Shown piece by piece: positions 12,009 to 25,864 of a DNA stretch of 64,000 nucleotides. The DNA lies in assembly GCF_964204865.1 (NCBI RefSeq), contig NC_135260.1:9486001-9550000 (forward strand), in the 5' to 3' direction. A model generated the notes under the pieces. That model made no database searches. It had not been told where the DNA came from and was given only the letters and a program-made list of their open reading frames with translations. How positions within the stretch are numbered: the first letter of the stretch is position 1; every line of letters begins with the position of its first letter. Source of the DNA: Styela clava (taxonomy: Eukaryota). The position numbers and the translations under genes were made by a program.

Positions 12009-15000
12009 TGTAATAAAGCTTGGTAGCACAAGGTTACTTCTTCTATTCAATCCACATATAGCAGGGCTGGCTTTCTGTTGCGTCTTTTACCTCAAGTCTT
12101 ATAATCCCTTCGGGTTATTTGCAATAAAAGCAACATTTGAGTGACCGCTGTTCAAGCCAGATATTGGAATGGGTCCAAATTGGGAAACGTCCAGAAATGC
12201 CATTACTGACCTAATCAATTTAACATCATTTTCGCCAAATTCGGACTTTCAGATCTTTGAAAAGTTCAGAAAATATTTTATCCGCTTCAACACTTTTGAA
12301 CGGAGATTATTAGTCAAATTCATTTTTGTGAGGTTTATATTTTCCGATTCCTTCCAAGAATTGTTATTGTGTTTACCTCGCTTTTCTCTTACTTACACCT
12401 ATAAAGTTTTTGGAAAGTAATATTATTCCTTTAATGGGCCTTTAAGTCGTAATTGCATATCTCAATTTTTGGAATGCACTATACTCATCAAGTTTACTCG
12501 ACTACTTGACAATCGACTATCCTATTTTTTATATTTAAGGAACCGATCTATAACTTAACGAGAGGCATAATTAAAGTAACATATGTCACATGGCAATTAA
12601 GTGATCTTGAGGTCATCTCAAGAGCAAATACCAACCAAATTTGTTATTTATAATAGAATTACGAATGAAATAGTTGAACAGCTGTAACGTAATACTAAAA
12701 AAATAATATTCCACGTTAATTTGACGCCAAATAGACGACCTGGGAAAATGGTGTTTGTTGGGGTGAGAAACGTTTTTTCCTTTACGAGCTTTAATCATCG
12801 CTTTCAATTCTCAATTGAAAAGTTGAATCATAAATTTTTTCAAAGCAGCTGTTGTCTGTATTATTTTTTCTATTTTCTGGGCTGCTTTTACTCAAAATCT
12901 TGTCAACGAGCGGACAGTCCGCTGACAGATTGAAGCAATTTAATTTTCAACAAACTTGTTATTGAGTTTCTTGTTTAATATTATAATTTAGTAACATTTC
13001 TGTATGGCATTGCGTTATACATGTTATCAACAATCTTTGCTACTATATACTGATTTTGATCAAACTACAAACATGAATATACAGTGTTTCGTTTTTATAA
13101 AGAGATCTTCAGTTGAACATTGCTTACCGTTCAGTAGTGATCAGGCAGGCAATCGGAAACATTATCTACTTTTAAAATCAACCTTGAACTTTTTAATTGC
13201 ATATTTGATGCAATTTAAGGAGCATACAACTTATGAAAGACGTTTCCCTAATTGCCACATTGTCTCACAAAAACAGAGACTGAATAAACGCTTTAAATAT
13301 TAGAGTTAACATACAGTCACTTTGAGAATGTTCAAGCGTTCTTACTGGTTACATTCCTTCGATTTTTCTTTCCTATCGCCCTCCTATTTATATATTCATA
13401 TGTTATTCGAGGTTCAATTACATTGCCAATGATAGCAGAGAAGCGAAAAATGATATATTTCAGCAATTGAATTGACAGTTATTGTCAACTTGAACATGAA
13501 AAATTTTGATCCATATCAATTTAATCATATCAGTTGTTCGTTTCAACTTTACAGCATATCTATGCCATATATCTAATTTTGATCATATTTAGTTCTAGCT
13601 AAAATCACTGAGATTCAGGTTTTGTCATTTGAAGTAACGGAGTGACTACCCTAAAAATTTGATGAATAGCAAATGCAATGAAAGATGCTATAAATCAGAA
13701 ACTTGCCAATTTAAATCCTTCCCAAATCCTATATACGTGATTGCTCGAAAACGTCAAGTGTATGAAAATTTCTGAAATTTTACGAATATTTCTAACTAAT
13801 TTATCAAGCTTTATGGTTTCACCAACATCAAAGTATAAACGCGTTTTTCACAATATGATTTTTACATCTCACAAATGGATCTCTCGATCTTACTTTTTAG
13901 TTTTAGGTTTTTATGTAAATAATCAACAACATGCACTTATGAGAAGGAGTTGTTATTTTTGTTTCCAAATACCCATTACTCGATCGCCGTAACATCCCAC
14001 GATAAAATACATTTTATTAATAGTCGTTTTAAAAACGTTCAAATCCGACATAGTCGATGCAAATAAGATTATTCTCTCGCAAGCGCTTGCAAAATCTTCA
14101 GGGAATCAGTTTACCTCTTGGCCTTTCAATTCTGCCAAATTTTTCATTTGTATGAGTTGAAAAATATTTGAACTTTCCACGGTCAATGCTATTGGACTAA
14201 AAGCGTACAAACTGCGATTTTTCAATGCTCAGAAACTTTTTTGTATAAATTTGTAGAACATTTTAAGTACATTGATGAAACCTTACCTTAGAATTTAGAT
14301 TGTATAAACTCCCAAAATAATAATTTTTTTAAAGATTATCATTCAAAGATAAATTTAAAGGCGAATATTTCTTCTGCTAAAAAATCAAATTGACCGACGA
14401 GTTGATATTGTTTGAGCAATTATCTATAGACATATAGAAATTTAATTTCTTCTTAACGATTGTCTCTTTCTGTACTGGGACTTTGTTGTTGTGAGCACAT
14501 AATCAGTAGGGGAAGATTTTCATGTCTGACGTGTCGGCTGTAAAATATTCCCGCTTTCTATTAAGTCAATGCCTCCCACATTAGGGCAAATTCCTATTTC
14601 ATTGACAGTAATCCGTGCCATAAGTGCGACCCCATTCCCCTCTTTTGTAAAGCATTATATCATACGAATAAGACACATTGTTTCGTTGTCGATATTATTG
14701 ATTTTACACGAAAGTTTTATGCAAACATTTTGGATTAAACAGATTTGAACCAAAAACAGATTTTAACCTATTAATCAAGCTTAGTTTCGCTATATCGGGA
14801 AGATTAAAAACAAGCAAACAAAATCTTACATCAATATATTGCACTTTCGGAGTAATTCGTAGGATTTGCATACAATGATTACCAGTAATCACATAAAATA
14901 TTCTCATTTTAAACAAATAACGACAAAAGCGTTATATCAATTAATTTCTTCACAAATTTTTCTTTATCTTTACTAATCTTTACTAATTTCTTTACAAAAT

Positions 15001-15151
15001 ATTCTTATCGAGCAAAAATGTGTTTGTAATGTAATATGATGTATTGTTTCATTTGTTAAATGAGCAAGCAGTCTGTAGTAAATATAATAATCAGCTGAAA
15101 AGTTAATTCCAAATTTGAATATTCTTCTTGATTAAGTTATGGTTTACTTAC

Positions 15152-15283
15152 TTTAAATTTATCAAGTTTAGCTTTGAGGTCTTCAATGATCAACTCTTTC
15201 TCAGCCAGAGTGCTTTCCAATTCTCGGATCTGTTCGTCTTTCAGTAACAATTTTCTCCTCAATTCATACTCAAGCGACGCCAT
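15152..15283 (-). CDS. PRKG1: cGMP-dependent protein kinase I (PKG I), first coding exon: N-terminal leucine zipper
   Basis: Minus strand reads ATG(15283) MASLEYELRRKLLLKDEQIRELESTLAEKELIIEDLKAKLDKFK, then a GTAAGT donor (phase 0, 132 nt). It aligns by eye with the PKG I-alpha N-terminus MSELEEDFAKILMLKEERIKELEKRLSEKEEEIQELKRKLHKCQ. Not in the ORF track. Confidence 0.9.
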
Positions 15284-18200
15284 AATGAGGTTTGTTCTCA
15301 ATTTTACCAAAAGTTACTTATATACAATTCTGCAACTAATTATAGGTATACATTATAATCTATAAATTTATAAAAATAAATAGTAAAGTTATGGGATGTA
15401 TTTATGAACGACCCGATATCGGAGGAGGCAATTCAAATGGCGATTGGGACTGTTTTCCTGACTTCCGACAACTTCGACCAGAACATACTCGCAAAGTTCT
15501 TTGGGTCAGCTATAAATAGCTGAAAGCGAATCTCATTTTACTTAATCTTGGTAAAATAAAAAACTGCTTTTTAAATACAGTGTCATGAAAGATGATATCT
15601 GGTATGAGATGTCCAAGAATAACTAATAAATTGAACCAATAATAGAAAGAGCATTATATGGTCCTACGCTTCTTACATCATGAGCATAAATTTGGTTTGT
15701 TTATTTTATTCTGTATGTTTAATTTAATTCAAGATATATATACTATACCGGCAATACAATATATGGACAAATGGACAAAAATTGTCTCTAAATTTCCCGA
15801 GCATAGGGATTTGCACATTGACGAATTGTAGCCTAGTTGTTCGCGTGAACACAACTTTAAAAGTTTCATTTCGTTACATCGTATTTTTTGAGTTGAACTG
15901 TTCTGGTCTTACTAAAGTTTATATTTATATATGTATGTACGGTTACAGCTATCGCCCACTGCCATGACATTTATCAATAGGTATCTTGATATACTGAATA
16001 TACATGACATTATATCTTCCCAGTTGAAAAATACCATAGATGAAAATAAAATATATATATTACTATTAGAGAAAATTACACAATGTAGAATAAGTCTCGT
16101 CATAAAAGAAATGAAAAGGCTGCTTGACCGTTACTTCAGAACAATTATGAAACAATATTTGATATTTGACTCTGGAAAAGCAAATATTCGTGAAAATCGA
16201 GAGAAAACGCATTCTTTTTAATAACTGAAATGTATCAGATGTCCAGCGTTCCATATTAAAACGAAAACAATCACACACCTGCCCGCTTCAAGCTAATATT
16301 TTTCCATAAATTCAATAGTTTAGTGATATTTGCTTACTTATACTTGGAATTAGATTTGTATTTTTTAGCATGAGCGGCATTATCAAAAAATTTAGCAAAA
16401 TGTAGTAAAAAACAAATTTTGGTACATAAAGTCAATCTGTTATCTAAGTTTTGTAGCAACTAACGCATTCATGTTTCACTTTGTCCTGAATTTTAAAGAA
16501 ATTAAAAAGAAGAGAACAATGCTCAAATATAAGGGCACGAAATCCAAAACGAAGTACTTTTTATACCGTACCTATTGGTATCAATTAATGTCCGAGTTTC
16601 GCGTGGCGTCGTCAAATTGAAAAATGCCGTCACGCTCGGCGGATTAAAACCGATTTTTGCGTGATTTGCGAATCACCAAATTTAGACATATATATAACAA
16701 AACTGTATTTGAAAAAGCATGTGTTTTGATATAACTTCGTCTAAGCAGCTCCGTCGGAAATAATTTTTCAATTCTCGTATTTTCACAGCATTCAGAACTT
16801 ATTCACCCAAAACCAGCCCTCGTTTTAGCTAACTAAAAATATGATCCGAATGTTCTTTCCACACACGAAAATACCTACTTAAGTACGAATGTTATAAATT
16901 TCTGAATAAATCTTCGCAGTGCTAGCTGATCCAATTCTGACTTCTGACAAGCGCGGTAATGGAATGTCTACCGGCATTCTGGTGGGCGGTGTATGCAGTC
17001 TAGTTAGAATTCGATACCACGTTACTCCGGGAATATCGCCGGGATCGACACTGTTACCTTTTCAGAGCTTGTAAAGTTATGTTACCAAATCTAATTCAAC
17101 TCACAACTTGTAATAATACCCGGTAGCTAGTTTTTAGTTTTGCTATTGACAAGAGTAGTAAACAATTTGCCTTTAATACCGGCACATTAATAAAAAGTTT
17201 GATCCAGGGTATCATTTAGTAGTACTCGTGTAAAGTAGCACTTGTGTATTTCGATAGATATTCCTGCAGCAATTATTACTTAATGCTCCTCCGGCAGTCA
17301 AGCTGGTACTTAAAGCAGTTCCAACATTGATCAACCGAATTTAATTAGCTCATGATAACAAACAATTTATAATCAATTATTTATGCACATTGACGGCATA
17401 TGGTAGAAACTGAAGATAGAAAAAGCGCTAATTTTGTTTTCTCAATAAAGAAACAATAAAAGCGATTTTAATCAAGATCATGTATGGATCGAGCATGGGC
17501 ATGCTTGCTTCTCCTCCAATAGCGAAATTTTAAAATATTTAATAAGAATAAAGAGCCGAAAAATCTATATTTACATAATGATTGTACTTATTTAAGTTTA
17601 ATACGAAAGTACCTTTGCCTAATGTGAAATTGAATACACATATATAATTATATACCAATAAAATGTTTTGTCAATTTTGACAGGTTTAATAACGGCGTTA
17701 CACATCCAATGCAAATTCCAAGTCCCGGGGTAACATTATCATTGAGGCCGTTGACCCGACTCACACATTGCTGACATATCAGCATTGCCTTGAATTTAAA
17801 TATTCGATAAAACTTGAGTTGACAGCAATTATTTGATACTTTTGATTGATTGACATAATTAAAAGAGAGTGAAATTGACTACCTCAGGTTCAGGTAGCTA
17901 GGACGTATGTATCACGTAGCACTGTATCAAGTACACATTTCAATATTACAAGACTTGCTCTCTGTTATTATTTAAATAAAGCACTGAAAAGGGTTGTAGT
18001 AAGAAATTATTTGAAGAAGATTTTCTTTAATCAGAAGTCCGATACTGACCCATGAAGTTCTATTATACGTTTTACATTTTAAACATACGGTATATCTCAC
18101 CGACGCTTAAAAATCTTTCACCAATTATACCACTCAAGAACGTCGTTTAAAATAAATGATTAGCTCATTAGACATATCTGATTATTCTCCTCCTTAAGTT

Positions 18201-21200
18201 GCCATGCGGACAAATGTTGAAAGTTTGACGAGCATGACACTTGAATTTTGAGAATTCACTAGCAGGGTGGGCCAAGAGGAAGTTACACTTAGCACACACA
18301 CATAATAGAGTAGTAACTGTTCCCTACTTTTGGATGGATGGATGATTTTTCTTACATAATTAAGCGCATGGGATCCAAACCTGTAACAACACCAATAAAA
18401 GATAATCATTGGTCCGGGGGTGTAGGTGTTGCTAAAGGGAAACTACTATCGAGTACGTTCGTCATTTATTCAACTATCTTGATAAATATTCTTATGGCAC
18501 AAAGATGTTTTTATGCGTAGAAATACAAATATATTTATTATAAGAATTAAAGAGATCGAAAGAGTTTCCTGCGTTTGCAGGTTTGAGGTCTGGAACCAAC
18601 AGCTGAGACAGACGAAAACGTACCCATTCTAGCACACTTTGTCTAGTTATGGGCTCACGACGTTGCGAATTGCTATGACATTTTGTAATATGTCTTCATG
18701 AATCCGTTGACAGCTTTGTTTCTCAACTCTATCGATTTGTTTGAAATAAATACATTGGAATGTCTTCGTGGATAAAGTAAAAAGGAGGTATTCCTTCGCG
18801 TTACGTGCTGCGATTCAAATATAGTAAAACATATGTTTTCTAAAAATTCTCGTTAATTTTGTTTAATCTGAGCTTACTCACGACATTTCTATGAGAAGCA
18901 TATTTTATCTTCCTCGAAATAGGATCTCCCAAAGAATAACTTCAAATTTGGGATTCGATGATAATCACCTATTTCAGGTCAGATCGAATGTCCAACACCA
19001 TGCATTTTCCTCACAAGCATAAATGTGAAAAATCATCACATGCTCTGTTTTATAGTTTTGCATATATAAGTCCTGCTACCAGCAAGAAGGCTTACTAATA
19101 TTAAGTCAGAAATTGTGCTAAATCTTCTCGATTCACTCATTTACTATATACAAAACTTACGTCACTAAATTTGCAGCTCATTTCCCTTCCAGCTACCAAG
19201 AGAAATCACAGGATTAGAAAACAAAGAAATGAATTTGGCCGAATTGAATTGCCACACATCAGATCTAAATTTAACGCGTTGGGACCTATTAACGTTCGCG
19301 TCATAGTTGGATAATCCTCACCTTTCATTTGAGATAATATACTAACGAAGAGAAATCGAAAACTCAAAAAATATTAGCAATTAGAAATGAGTCACTAATT
19401 AGGTCATATACTCTTTCAGAAATGTCTTCTGGGATGCTCTCAAAATTTCATTAACTAAAGATACTTCTACTAATCTAAATGAGTAAGCTGTTTCCGCTAT
19501 CCCCAAGCGCCAATTCTTAAATCGATTTCTGCGTAATGCGTAAGCTGGATAACGAACACGGAAGGTTGCAGCATTGACGTGCGTTCCACTAATTTTTTTG
19601 GTACGTGACGAAAGCAGGTCGTACCAAATATTATTATCGATGTCACAGGGTATATTCATTTCCCCGCCGTACTTTGCACGTGACTCGAAGTAACCAATTA
19701 GAATGAACATACATACTCACATTCAATATCGGTTTTGTATCAGCCTGTCGAATCAAAATTGTAATCTCGAAATAGTATGTATGACACAAGAGCGGAGACT
19801 CTGGAAACTCGTCTGTTTGCCGGTTTTGATACAAGTCAACTATTTCTAAACTTTCGCCCAGGCACTCTTACTATTCTGTAATCAAACGCATATACTCTGT
19901 CTGCCATTTACAATACTTGCTTCAAAAATTGTAGCCCTTGCCATCTGCTTGGTGGTCCACGATACAATCAATGTAACCAAAGTCGATTTTACCCAATTTT
20001 GCCTAAAATTTAATTGAAGCGAGAGACACAAATTTTCCGCCTCATAATTTTTTACAACCTAATTGAAAGCTTTAGACAACAGAATATAAGAATATTGTTT
20101 TCATTCTACCATGACCGGATATGGGAAAATGACTACCTTCTATTTCAACTCACAGTTGCCCCATATATGTATTTATTGAGAGGTGATTTTGCAAAGCATC
20201 ACAAAGAAGACCAACTTGCTCATATAAAACGCAAATCTACTACCATTTCATGGTAATTTTATTCATATTTATAATTTAACACTGCTCCTCAACACATATG
20301 TCGATGAAGCCTACACTCGCAGTTCAAACGGGTCACGCACCCTTCATACGTGTCATTCTTAGTTCATGGTTATAATACCACTTGGCACATTATTTGAATA
20401 ACGGTTAAAATTAATAAAAACTGCTATTCTTTATCAACCAACATGTCGACAGAAGTAAACATTTATTGTGTTATCCATTGTAGACTTTTATCGTATTCTG
20501 TATTATTTACATAGTGACATACTCTGGCAATTTTACAACGGGGTGATATGTTACTTTACCGAGTGATAGAATGTAGATTTAACTTGGCTAACATGTAGAA
20601 ATAAAACTCGAGGTCATGGCAGTCATAAACCCCAAAGGTAGGCGCACATTAACCAAGTGGGCGAGTCGGCATTACAATCATTGGAATTTCAATTTTCATT
20701 GCTAACTCTGAATAATATCTATGAAAAATACTCCAACTACTAAAATAAACCTATTTTGAAACTTTTCCATATAATTATTTAGCGTTACCAATTCTAAAGA
20801 TTTAATAATATATATAAATATTTAAATTATGGTAAATAATCAAATACCTCAAAGACACTACAGAACATTTTTGACAAGTCCCATCCTATGTGGTACTTCA
20901 TCATTACAACGAAAAGCTTTAAAGCGCGATTCATCATCTTTGCTTGGATGGGCAAGCGTCATTTAGGTGGGGAGAATTAGGCAGTCAAAAAAGGTATAGA
21001 AGTATACGTCGTTTTAGACAAACTGTACCAAATATTTCGACGGTAAGATATAACACGGTAGTTTAGCTAATTATATATATGTTAGTCTATTTTGTGATAA
21101 CTCTGACAAATCGGATCCCCAGGCACAGGCTATAACCTCAACTGTCGGATACTTATTATTGCACTCATTTTGCCATTTTAATTCGTGTTCTACAGGTTAA

Positions 21201-24200
21201 AGATTACCCAATAATATTATGAAAAGTTATATATCCTAGATGCTGCTCTTACAGTATCCAGAATTACAGAGATGGATTACTTGACCATTTTTGCGTAAAA
21301 CTCCAAACATACCGACATACACTAATTTGTTCTTACCGTCAACTACCGAATTCGTGTATTAATCTAAATAATTCATGAGTTTTAATATTTGCATATCCGA
21401 AGGTCTCCGCAAAATTTTACTAAACTTAGTAAATCACGTAAAACACGAACGACATATACGCCCTGAACATACAGGCAGTTTATACGAAAAATGGCCCGGA
21501 ACGCGTCTCATCGCTGTAGTCTCGCGTTGGCAAATAAAATTCTACATTGTTCTATTCGTGATGTGTACCTAGTAAAACGTAGTCCCCATACTTCATTGTT
21601 TGATGAACTCCACATTATGCTATTAGAATACTCCATCGTTATTAATGAGACAATATTGTAGCGCCCAAGCTTATCATCAAACAAGCACGTAGGCCGCACC
21701 GATGGAATGTAAATTTGTTGCGTTGTCTACACAGAAGTTTTGCTTAATCAACATAGGTCTGAGACAATTTTTCTTGTAATTAAAGAACGTCGTGTATCCC
21801 AGTTACACTCCGGTGCCCACCACCGCAGGAATGGTCATTGCACATGAGCTATAGAACTAAAGGAGCGATGTGACCTATGATTTTTGATAGTAGTTTGAAA
21901 TAATAAGACGCCCCTTCTTCATACATCGAAGTTGCATGAAATTATGGCTCCTACCTCGACTGTCCACACTTGATTTCAACTGAATGTAATTTTGTTAGCA
22001 CGAAAGACTCAACCTGGAATAGCATTACCAATTATGATACGATTCATAACTAATGTATCTTCAATTTGTCTTCTGAACCATATACATAAGTTCCAACTGG
22101 CTCACGTAAATTATTACCAAAACTCACCTCCGAGTTCGCATTTGCTTTGCGCTTTCTCGCGCATTATCTGAATCTAATATTGATCGATGAGTATGAAATC
22201 GACAACGCTAACCCTCGTCCTTGGAGAATTTTTTTTACTTTTTACATGTTGTTTAGCAAGCAGGCCCTATTTTAGAGCTAATAAGAGAGCGGGCGTAGGT
22301 TGGACTAAATTACACGCGCTTAAGTAAATTAGCGTATGCGTCGCAAACTGTTCGCTGCAAATCTACAAGCCGTTCGTTGTACACGGAAAGCGCGATAAAA
22401 CAGGAGTACAGCATATTACCATGACTAACAGATAAACACTTTTATAGCATTCTTTGGGAGTAAGGTCGTTGAAGGTACAACAAACAGTTTGTTTACGATG
22501 CATTGAATTCTGTCTTAGTGTTAGCATATAGGGGATAACTTGAGTCCTCGTAACAACGGCATAGGATATTCAATTTTTTCCTAGAAAATATACGCTTTTG
22601 ACGACTGAATATTTAAAACAACCTTTACTTTAATCTCGAAAATGCTATGCTCACGGGACTGCAGAAATATAACAAGAAGCGCTACTTACAGACGACGTAA
22701 AACTCTAACCGTCAAACGTAACGTTAGGATTAGCAAGTCGGTAGACTAATGTATATTGGCGCCGTAAAGCTTGGCTGTTCATCATTGTTGATGTGGAAAT
22801 TCCATTATCACAAGTAAGCTAAACTATGAGCCTGTTGATTTAATGTCTCAACGAGCCCCGATAGTTCATGTCGAAATGTCGCACCTTTGGTAAATTAACA
22901 GCTTTCTACGTCGACCGGTAGTTTAGTTTAAGGTTACTACGAACTCGGAAGATCTGAGCTTGTAAGACACTTGTTTTTTTGTTGTTTTAAGTAGGGTAGG
23001 ATCAAAATCTACCGAAAATCGATGGTGATAATAATCAAATATCAGATTCAATAAATCATAAACACGCAAAAAGTAAATTGAACCCAAATAAAACAAAGAT
23101 TTAGATTATGCCGTAAAACCAAAAGTGTCTTTCATTTTCGTCTTATCCAAAATTTGTGCTTAGATATGTCTCTTTGTTCCCGAGCAGCGCCGTTCTCAGT
23201 GAGAGAAGACCACCGTTTACAATATGACATTTTTATACGCTAGGAGGCGAGCATGATATGTTTTCGAAAGTTAAAAATATCGAATATAGAGCGCTAAAAT
23301 TACTATATGTTCATCTTATAAATAAATAAGTTACGTTGGACATGGTATAGTCACCAGTCCAAACTAATAACAAATTATCGAATGCAACCACTGGAGAATG
23401 TTTTAATTGATATATATAAGCTGAAATTATATTATGTTCAGGTGGTATCACAGAAAATGCGACAGAAATATTTTGTTATCATTACAATTTTATATAAGCC
23501 AAAAATAGGCTATAATGAGTTCAGAATGCACTGCAATCGAAGCACGTGTCTGTGCAAGATTTATTTATAGCGACGCCGGTGATATTTATTATAACCTATT
23601 ATTAACATAACTCTCTGGGCATTAGCATTGCCTTTTTGATCATTTTCGATTAAATTTTCTGCTAAAAATAGAATTTATGCGTGCCAAAAGAACAACGGTG
23701 TCTTTCATTAATATGCCATTTTCCAGGAATATGTCGGCGTCTAAGGTGTCTTTTCTCGTTACATTGTCTCTAATTGTTATTTTCGTTTTTCAACCTATCG
23801 TCCACCGTCAGCTTACAATTGTTTTTTCGCGCTTCAATCCAATTGTAAGCGCAAGTTGTTGAAGGCAATAAGAATATATAATAAGGAACAGATTGTTCAG
23901 TTCTTACTCCATAAAGTATTAATTGATAGTCGGGTATTGATAGATTTCAGCATCATTCGTATAATAAACATTACTCGGGCTGAGGAAACTGGTACTGGTA
24001 CATGTGCATTTCCTCAAACACCTCTCAGTTCAGGCTTCAAAATAGGTCACAGTAGGTTGTATCTGCTACTCAATATTTTATGGGGTATTGTGTGTGAGTG
24101 ATTTGTAGCAGGTGCTGCAAAATGCTAATGAGTCAAGACAGAATTATACGATGGTGTACCGCGAGAGCAAAATGAATTCGACTCAAAGGCAAATTAGGTC

Positions 24201-25824
24201 AATTGATCAAATGACAGTACTGGATTAGGATATATGGTGTCTTATATGGTGAACATTTGCAGGTTCGATTTATATGTAAGGGAACTGAAACATTACCTGC
24301 ATGCGCATCGAGTACGAGAGAAGAACAAACTTCCCTCATTTCTGGCGCTATACTAGAAACTCGTCGTGACGAAATTCACGTACCTGGTAGAACTTATATT
24401 TTCGAAGAAGAAACGATACTTCATTGTTCTTTTTTTTTAACTCAAATAGAACTTGACCAAGGAGTCTCAATTTCCGTAGAAATATGGCATCCGTGGTGTT
24501 TTTTCTATTCTGAAACGAACAATATTTTTCGGTTTCTGATATTCTATTTATGAGCTACTTATTTCAGTTTTTCTAGGTCGAGTGCAGATAGCAAAAAATG
24601 ATTGTATATACTTATTGTTTGCCCTACCACATTTTGGCGCGATTTATCATCATTATTTCAGAAGCAGACAGTAACGAGCATTCGGAATATTGTAGTTGAT
24701 TTAGTTCAGAATCTTTTCTCACCTTTGTTTTATAACTACGTGACGAGGAAGCAAACTTACGTTAATCGACACGGTTCTTATAAACTGAATTTCAGATCTT
24801 TATCAATGCACGTCTTGTTTTCATTACCATATGATATTGTGTGTGTGGATGTTTATTTTTTATTTTGAAGATTGCTTTATTGATAAGAAGAAACAAGAAG
24901 ATAGCAATCTTGATAAATCGTGGTTATATCTTGATAATCTAACGGCTGTGACAACAGATTATGGTATCTTAGTCAGTACTAGGCCAAATTCAAACCACGG
25001 ATAAATGACATCGGTTTAGCACGATTTACTTACGACCAGTCTAGTAATATATACGTTAGGTTCATATTATATAACAATTTCCATTATTGAATAGATGGGC
25101 GGGAGCGTGTAAATTTATCTTAGATTTCATTTATCTTTGCGTGTTCGACTTCCTGTGTAGGTTTTGTATAAAAGTATTTTGAATTATTTTTTATGTTTCA
25201 TCGTGTACTGCTGAATATCTTTTTGTAGCCTAGCATGGTTACATTGCTGATTCTTTGCTACTGTTAAATAGTGAAAAAGAGACAGACATACATATAAGAT
25301 GGTTTTGTGCAAATGGATCAGGTTTTTCGGCTAGAGTTCGATTAGGGAACACGGTAGTAACGGAGATTATTCACTCCATCATTTTGATTGAACAATTTCA
25401 ACATGGGCGTCTGGATTGGCATCTCAAATTGATATAAGATTATAATGTGAACGAGAATCGAGATTGTAGTTTGTAGTTATGCATTTTAGTAGGGCCCATT
25501 TCAAAGTGAGGCCACTTACAACTCAAATATGGTATACTAGTAAAAATTATCACAAATTCATCTAAATGAAATAATTTGTAATCATCTTGTCTATAGAGAA
25601 ATGCAGTGTCGACTGCAATAGCGCCACAGGACGATACAAATTGTACGAAGACTGTTGGCACACGTATGAAAGGTTCATTACGTCTAGAGTTTATTTTTTT
25701 AAATATACCATCATAAGATAAAAATCCAGATTTAACGTTGTTTGCTTGTTAACAAAACTTTGCGTTGTGTTGTATTTATTGAATAGTGAGTTTCAAAAAT
25801 GTGATTGTTAATTTGTTATAGTTC

Positions 25825-25864
25825 AGATTGCGAAAGTAGGAGATTGCGAAAGCAGGAGATTGCG
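25825..25864. repeat. 16-bp tandem repeat x2.5
   Basis: agattgcgaaagtagg agattgcgaaagcagg agattgcg. Confidence 0.7.

Noticed and set aside
19161-19181. ATG-MSCKFSD-GTAAGT on the minus strand as a possible alternative PKG first exon
   Set aside because: It is phase-compatible with exon 2, but too short to distinguish from chance without transcript data.
19399-19710. 103-aa minus-strand ORF
   Set aside because: No recognisable homology or splice partners.
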